Shown here: positions 60,136-64,000 of the stretch, in pieces | How the letters are laid out: every line of letters starts with the position of its first letter | How positions within the stretch are numbered: the stretch's first letter is position 1 | Assembly (NCBI GenBank): GCA_963803435.1 | Contig: CAWDML010000009.1 | Location: forward strand, 640,001 to 704,000 | Reading direction: 5' to 3' | DNA: 64,000 nucleotides | Source of the DNA: an uncultured delta proteobacterium | GTDB lineage: Bacteria > Myxococcota > Kuafuiibacteriia > Kuafuiibacteriales > Kuafuiibacteriaceae | The notes under the pieces: generated by a model | Databases searched by the model: none | The model's input: the letters and a program-made list of their open reading frames with translations, nothing else | What the model was told of the DNA's origin: nothing | Made by a program: the position numbers and the translations under genes

Positions 60136-60903
60136 TTGAAGCGGTTCTCGTCGGCGCTCTTCCTCTCCGACCTGCATCTCGGTTGGGTCCCGCTGGCCGC
60201 CAGCCACGCACGCCTGATCGAGCACCTCCCGGCGGCGGTCGGCGACTCTGAGCTGGTCGTGCTCAACGGCGACGTCATCGACGAGCACCGCGGCCGGCCT
60301 TCCTCGAGGGTGCGCGACCTGATCGCCCGTTTTTCGGAGCTGATCGGTCGCCTCCGGAAGGAGGGGCGTACGGTGGTCTACGTCGAGGGCAACCACGACG
60401 CGATGCACCTGGCGCGCGGCGACCTGGTCCCCGATCGATGGCGCTTCGAGTTCGAGGGCACGCGCGGTGAGCATGTCCGCGTGCTCCACGGCCACCGGTT
60501 CGACGACGGCTGGAAGGGCCCCGGTCCCTACGAGGACTACGGCCGCCGCTTCCTCCGCTTCGAGAACTGGGCCTACTCCAAGGCGCGCCTGCTTCGCGCG
60601 CTCTATCCGCACAGCTTCGGCTGGCTGGTCGGCGCGGTCGGCTGGCTCGAGGATCGCTTCTGGCGGCCCCGCTTCTACGACCTCGCCCGGCGGATGCAGG
60701 GGCTCGACGTCCTGGTCCACGGCCACTTCCACTTCGGCCCCGGCTCGGTGGCGCTCGGGGCGCTGTCGCTCCACAAGAGCGGCGCCTGGGTCTCGCATGG
60801 CCACCGCGGCACGGTGGATCGGATGCTCCGCTATCGCGACGGGACATTCGAGCGCATCACCCTCGAGGGGAGTCGCTGGGTGGTACCGACGGACGGCCGC
60901 TGA
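60136..60903 (+). CDS. Calcineurin-like metallophosphoesterase (LpxH-like)
   Basis: SDLHLG, NGD, GNHD, HGH, GHFH. Confidence 0.85.
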   Translation: MKRFSSALFLSDLHLGWVPLAASHARLIEHLPAAVGDSELVVLNGDVIDEHRGRPSSRVRDLIARFSELIGRLRKEGRTVVYVEGNHDAMHLARGDLVPDRWRFEFEGTRGEHVRVLHGHRFDDGWKGPGPYEDYGRRFLRFENWAYSKARLLRALYPHSFGWLVGAVGWLEDRFWRPRFYDLARRMQGLDVLVHGHFHFGPGSVALGALSLHKSGAWVSHGHRGTVDRMLRYRDGTFERITLEGSRWVVPTDGR

Positions 60904-60904
60904 G

Positions 60905-60924
60905 CGCCCCATTTGATCGGGGCG
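60905..60924. terminator. Hairpin between convergent genes
   Basis: cgcccc-atttgatc-ggggcg. Confidence 0.4.
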
Positions 60925-60930
60925 GGTGTC

Positions 60931-61428
60931 TCACCGCCCGCGCCGCTCGCGCCAGCGGCGCCGCAGCTCCTGCCGCTGATCCGGGGTGAGCCGCCGCCAG
61001 CGCTGGATCTTCTTCCTGAGCTCGCGCCGCTCGCCCGGAGGCAGGCTTCGCAGCCGCTCGACCTCCTCGCGGAACCGCTGGCGTTCCTCCGGAGTGAGCT
61101 TCTGGAACTCCCGGAGGTTGGCGCGCACGCGGGCCCGGCCCCGCGGATCGAGCTGCCGGTAGCGCAAGAGGGCGCCGCGGACCTGGGCGCGCTCGTCCGG
61201 CGTCATCGCGAAGAAGCGCTGGGCGGCTTCCCGGATCTTCTGCTGTTGATCCGGCGGCATCGCCTTGAAGCGCGCCAGCCGCTGCTCGAGCTCCGCGCGC
61301 TCGGCCGGCGTCAACCCTTCGATCTTTCGGATCGCCTCCGGGCTGGGTGAGGGCGAAGGCGATGGCGTTTGCGCGGACGCCGGGACGGGCAGGGCAACGA
61401 GCAGGGCCAACACGATCGCGCGCATCAT
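60931..61428 (-). CDS. DUF3106-like secreted helical-repeat protein
   Basis: Signal peptide; repeats of F/W..(L/M)(T/P)P.ER. Confidence 0.75.
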   Translation of the reverse strand: MMRAIVLALLVALPVPASAQTPSPSPSPSPEAIRKIEGLTPAERAELEQRLARFKAMPPDQQQKIREAAQRFFAMTPDERAQVRGALLRYRQLDPRGRARVRANLREFQKLTPEERQRFREEVERLRSLPPGERRELRKKIQRWRRLTPDQRQELRRRWRERRGR

Positions 61429-61646
61429 TCGTCGTCCTCCTCTTCCTGCAGCATCGGCCAGAGCTCGACCATGTCCCAGACCTCCAGCAGGTCGAGGTTC
61501 TCCAGCAGGCTCAGGTTGCGCGCCAGCTCGAGATCCTCCGCGCTCAGGCTCGCGGTCGCGGTCGAGGTTGGCGCCGGCGGATCCGCGAAAGCGGGCCCCG
61601 CGGCCAGCGTGGAGCAGATGACGAGCGCCGCCGTGCATGCCTTCAT
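61425..61646 (-). CDS. Small secreted protein of the ECF operon
   Basis: Signal peptide; acidic EDLEL..NL.LLE motif; overlapping start/stop junctions on both sides. Confidence 0.6.
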   Translation of the reverse strand: MKACTAALVICSTLAAGPAFADPPAPTSTATASLSAEDLELARNLSLLENLDLLEVWDMVELWPMLQEEEDDE

Positions 61647-62038
61647 CCCGCATCATCCAGGGTCTCGATCAGCTCCAGATCGTCGAGGACGTCGAGGTCT
61701 TCGATCAGCTCGTAGTTCTCGTAGAGCTCCAGGTCCTCGGCGATGTCGAGCGCCTCGGCAGAGGCCAGCCCGGGAGCGGGCGCCTCGTAGCGCGGCCCCG
61801 AGAGCACCACGAACGCCAGCAGGCTCGCCGCGGCGGCGGCCGCACCGATCGACACCCGAGGCAGCGTGAAGATCTCGACGACGCTCTGCCACCAGGGACG
61901 ACGGGCATCGATCGCGTCGAGCCGCGCTCGCATCCGCGCGTCGAACCCGGGCGAGGGTTCGGCGTACGGGAGCGCTCCGATTCGCTCGAGGAGCGCCTTC
62001 GAGGCGGGATCGTCTTCGGGCTGCTTCGGATCGGTCAC
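61643..62038 (-). CDS. Putative anti-sigma factor
   Basis: EPSPGFDARM, one TM, acidic C-terminal EDLELYENYELIEDLD. Confidence 0.7.
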   Translation of the reverse strand: MTDPKQPEDDPASKALLERIGALPYAEPSPGFDARMRARLDAIDARRPWWQSVVEIFTLPRVSIGAAAAAASLLAFVVLSGPRYEAPAPGLASAEALDIAEDLELYENYELIEDLDVLDDLELIETLDDAG

Positions 62039-62628
62039 AGCGTGGCCTCCTGAGAAGCCTCGCCCACGTGGCGATGCGCTTCTTTTCGCAGGGTCTCGAG
62101 CGCGCGGTCGATCAGCGACTTCACGGACGGCACCGACGTCTCCAGAGCCTCGGCGATCTCTTCGTGCGCCAGCCCGTCCTGTCGTGCCATCAACAGCGCG
62201 GCGCGTTGCTTGGTCGGCAGTCGCGCCAGCGCGTCCTCGAGCGTCCGCTGCAGCTCGCGTCCGGCCAGGGCCTCCTCCGGTGAGGCCGCCCCCGATACGG
62301 CCGTCTCCGAGGCCGGCCCGTCGAGCGACTCGAGCGATTGCCGGTACTCCGACCTCCGGAGCTCGTTGAGGCAGACGTGGGTGGCGACCGTGTAGAGCCA
62401 GGTGCGGAACCGGGTGGCGGGCTCGTAGCGCTTGGTCGTATAGACGCGCACGAACACGTCCTGGGTGAGCTCCTCGGCGCGGGCGGCCACCCGGACGAAT
62501 CGGAGCGTGTGGGCGAAGATCGGCCGCTTGTACCTCTGGAACAGCACCTCGAACACCGCTCGGTCCCGCGTTTTCACGAACTGCGCCATCCGCGCAGCAT
62601 CTTCGTCCTCTGACTTCGGACCCACCAT
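62035..62628 (-). CDS. ECF RNA polymerase sigma factor
   Basis: AEELTQDVF, FRTWLYTVATH.CLNELR, region 4 EEIAEAL...VKSLIDRA. Confidence 0.92.
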   Translation of the reverse strand: MVGPKSEDEDAARMAQFVKTRDRAVFEVLFQRYKRPIFAHTLRFVRVAARAEELTQDVFVRVYTTKRYEPATRFRTWLYTVATHVCLNELRRSEYRQSLESLDGPASETAVSGAASPEEALAGRELQRTLEDALARLPTKQRAALLMARQDGLAHEEIAEALETSVPSVKSLIDRALETLRKEAHRHVGEASQEATL

Positions 62629-62681
62629 CGATCAACCCGGACCGAGCTCGAGAGTTGCGGTGACCGTACCTTGAGCCTGCC

Positions 62682-63092
62682 TCAGCCGGCCATCAGGTGG
62701 ACCACCACGTATGCGAGCGCGGCCAGCTGGACCAGGAAAGCCGTGAAGCGGAGGTTCACGGCCACGGCGCTGTTGGAGCTGACGTGGATCAGCGACTGCG
62801 CCACCCGCGCTACCAGCGCTACGATGCAGGCGGTGTCCAGCCAGGAGCCCGCGACCCGCGCAAGCTGGCTTGCGACCACCACCGCTACGAAGATCGGCAG
62901 GTTCTCCGCCGCGTTCACGTGGGCCCGGTTGATGCGCCAGTAGAGGTCGGGCCCGTGCGGTGTCCCGCTGGGGAAGCTGTTGGAGGCGCGCTTGCCCAGC
63001 AGCACCTGGCCGACGCGCCACGTGGCCACCGCCAGCACCAGGATCATGGCCCAGGCCGCGTACAGCACCAGGCAGAGCAGGGGCGTGGTCAC
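62682..63092 (-). CDS. MAPEG family membrane protein
   Basis: RINRAHVNAAENLP.F and ARVAQS; four TM segments. Confidence 0.8.
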   Translation of the reverse strand: MTTPLLCLVLYAAWAMILVLAVATWRVGQVLLGKRASNSFPSGTPHGPDLYWRINRAHVNAAENLPIFVAVVVASQLARVAGSWLDTACIVALVARVAQSLIHVSSNSAVAVNLRFTAFLVQLAALAYVVVHLMAG

Positions 63093-63694
63093 GACTTTGG
63101 CCCCCGGATCTCGGCACGCTCGGCGCCCAACAGGTGGCGCGGCAGGTCGGGGTGCGGCTGCGCGATCACCTCGACCCGGAGCACCCGCTCGGCGCGAACG
63201 GCGGCCTGCACCACGTCGCGCGCCGCTTGGATCATGTGAAGCGCCCCGGTCATCGTGAAGACACCCTTCCCGGACAGACCGGCGCCGAGCCGAAGCTCGA
63301 GGAGCCTGACCTCGGTCTCCTTGAGGACCCGATCGACCGCGAGCAGCGTCGATGACACCGCCGCGATCTCGACGATCGCCAGCGATTCGCCGAGGCGCCC
63401 GAGCAGCCGGGAGGCCAGGGCGTCGCGCAGCTCGGCGTGTGGATCGCGGATGATGGCGTGGTCGACCAGGTCCTCCTCGGCCGCCTCGATCCCCGCGGCC
63501 GTCGCCTCCTCGATCTCCGCCACCGAGCCCGACAGCAGGATCAGGTACCGCCCTGGCGAGAGCGTCCGCGCGGCCACGATCGCGTTCTCGGCCCGCTTCG
63601 CCATCGCGTCCAGGCACACCACGCCGCGCGCGATGGACGCCAGCTCGAGCGCCGCCAGCGCCGCGCGATCTGCGACCAGCCGATCGCTCACCAC
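63089..63694 (-). CDS. Tandem-domain bacterial microcompartment shell protein (BMC-T, PduT-like)
   Basis: LELASIARG...DAMAK...TLSPGRYLILLSG and a second domain IVE...AVDRVLK...LGAGLSGKGVFTMTG. Confidence 0.85.
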   Translation of the reverse strand: MVSDRLVADRAALAALELASIARGVVCLDAMAKRAENAIVAARTLSPGRYLILLSGSVAEIEEATAAGIEAAEEDLVDHAIIRDPHAELRDALASRLLGRLGESLAIVEIAAVSSTLLAVDRVLKETEVRLLELRLGAGLSGKGVFTMTGALHMIQAARDVVQAAVRAERVLRVEVIAQPHPDLPRHLLGAERAEIRGPKS

Positions 63695-64000
63695 TGCTCT
63701 CGCACGGTCTCGCTGCTGCTGCGCCGATTGAGGATCACGGCGTCGAGCAGTCGATCGTGATCCGCGACCAGCGCGTCGGTCCGCCTCGCCGCCGTCAGGA
63801 CCACCTTCACGATCTGCCGTCGCTTGAGGCTCTGCTCGGCGAGCAGGTCGCCCTGGTCGATCACCGCCACCCGCGTGAAGCGTCTCGGCGTGACCAGCTC
63901 GGCGACGCGTGCGTCGAAGCTCGACGCGATCTTCGTCCGCTGCATCCCTTCGATCGCTCGGTCGACCGCTGCCGAGGAGGTGCCGGCCCTGGCCTTGAGG
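63688..64000 (-). CDS. 3' part of a hypothetical protein (5' end outside window)
   Basis: Open frame to the window edge; its stop overlaps the BMC gene start. Confidence 0.5.
   Translation of the reverse strand, partial: LKARAGTSSAAVDRAIEGMQRTKIASSFDARVAELVTPRRFTRVAVIDQGDLLAEQSLKRRQIVKVVLTAARRTDALVADHDRLLDAVILNRRSSSETVREQW

Noticed and set aside
62632-62658. Autoregulatory promoter for the second ECF (GCAAC...GGTTG)
   Set aside because: Plausible but single-copy and too short to support.

Overview
High-GC (about 70% by eye) bacterial chromosome segment. Eukaryote-like Ser/Thr kinases, ECF sigma/anti-sigma modules, TPR proteins and a Haliangium-type BMC-T shell protein point to Myxococcota or a related deltaproteobacterium (inference). 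Most genes are housekeeping: malQ, nuoG/H/I, arfB, a KirBac channel, pfkA, lhr, scpB-rluB, aspS, hutH, lysC, a UvrD/PcrA helicase, tRNA-Ala(CGC), trxA and ccsA-hemA-hemC-hemD...hemB. Several conserved genes carry single-base frameshifts that look like long-read errors. Four things stand out. (1) A ~1.93 kb cassette (23283-25214) is bounded by ~70-bp inverted repeats built from CTAG, a GTAG-palindrome and a CCGGTC-type tandem tract; it carries a four-helix-bundle gene and a decayed IS1182-family transposase. (2) An ECF module (29755-33774) has a 32-bp motif duplicated before the sigma gene and before a lipoprotein gene, and two adjacent lipoproteins share an unrecognised ~140-aa two-Cys domain. 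(3) A coupled pair of Hsp90/GHKL-like ATPases has one membrane-anchored member and one with an HExxH metalloprotease-like tail. (4) An AGPS-like flavoenzyme, an Fe-S protein and a lipid kinase form a cluster. No CRISPR array, rRNA or reverse transcriptase was seen.
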